From the NCBI GenBank assembly GCA_021804105.1, contig JAJZKP010000002.1, positions 6,899 to 70,898 on the forward strand: 64,000 nucleotides of DNA, given 5' to 3'. Positions 64,000-64,000 of the stretch are shown here, one piece after another. The translations under genes were made by a program, and so were the position numbers. Under the pieces are notes generated by a model. It saw only the letters and a program-made list of their open reading frames with translations, had not been told where the DNA came from and did not search any database. Position 1 is the stretch's first letter. Each line of letters opens with the position of its first letter. The DNA is from Candidatus Micrarchaeota archaeon (GTDB lineage Archaea; Micrarchaeota; Micrarchaeia; Micrarchaeales; CABMGC01).

Positions 64000-64000
64000 T

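Overview
Gene-dense (about 93-94% coding by my tally), moderate-GC segment of an archaeal chromosome. Archaeal hallmarks: family-B DNA polymerase, a complete A1Ao ATP synthase operon (atpH-I-K-E-C-F-A-B-D, minus strand, 44.7-53.1 kb), a histone-fold protein, the rpl7ae-rps28e-rpl24e cluster, secY, secF-secD, an NMD3-like protein, diphthine-ammonia ligase, ThiI, type-2 methionine aminopeptidase, and four tRNAs without encoded CCA (Arg-TCG, Arg-CCG, Leu-CAG, Val-TAC). I see no rRNA, no CRISPR array and no intact mobile element. The only mobile DNA is a decayed transposase remnant in a low-GC islet at 55.4-56.4 kb. Several membrane-anchored proteins are very rich in N-x-S/T sequons. With these come a P3A-type proton ATPase, a carbamoyltransferase/GT-C/GT4 glycan operon, tight gene packing and many leaderless-type promoters. 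Together these suggest a small-genome, possibly acidophilic lineage (DPANN/Micrarchaeota-like or Thermoplasmata-like), but that is only a guess from content. Items most worth a second look: (1) a bacterial-type nrdJ-nrdR module with tandem NrdR-box-like palindromes on an archaeal TATA promoter; (2) a protein made of two tandem copies of the ribosomal stalk P1 N-terminal domain without the acidic tail; (3) a four-gene cluster with two divergent, mutually related hypothetical proteins (possibly DIT1/PvcA-like) flanking a degenerate ROK-like kinase and a HAD phosphatase; (4) a HerA/FtsK-type ATPase lacking the HAS barrel and fused to a wHTH plus a duplicated C-terminal module; (5) a paralogous pair of surface glycoproteins, one with a roughly 260-aa poly-glycine domain; (6) a low-GC islet with a DUF4145/HEPN-like gene next to the IS remnant. 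All family assignments come from motif recognition by eye, since no searches could be run.
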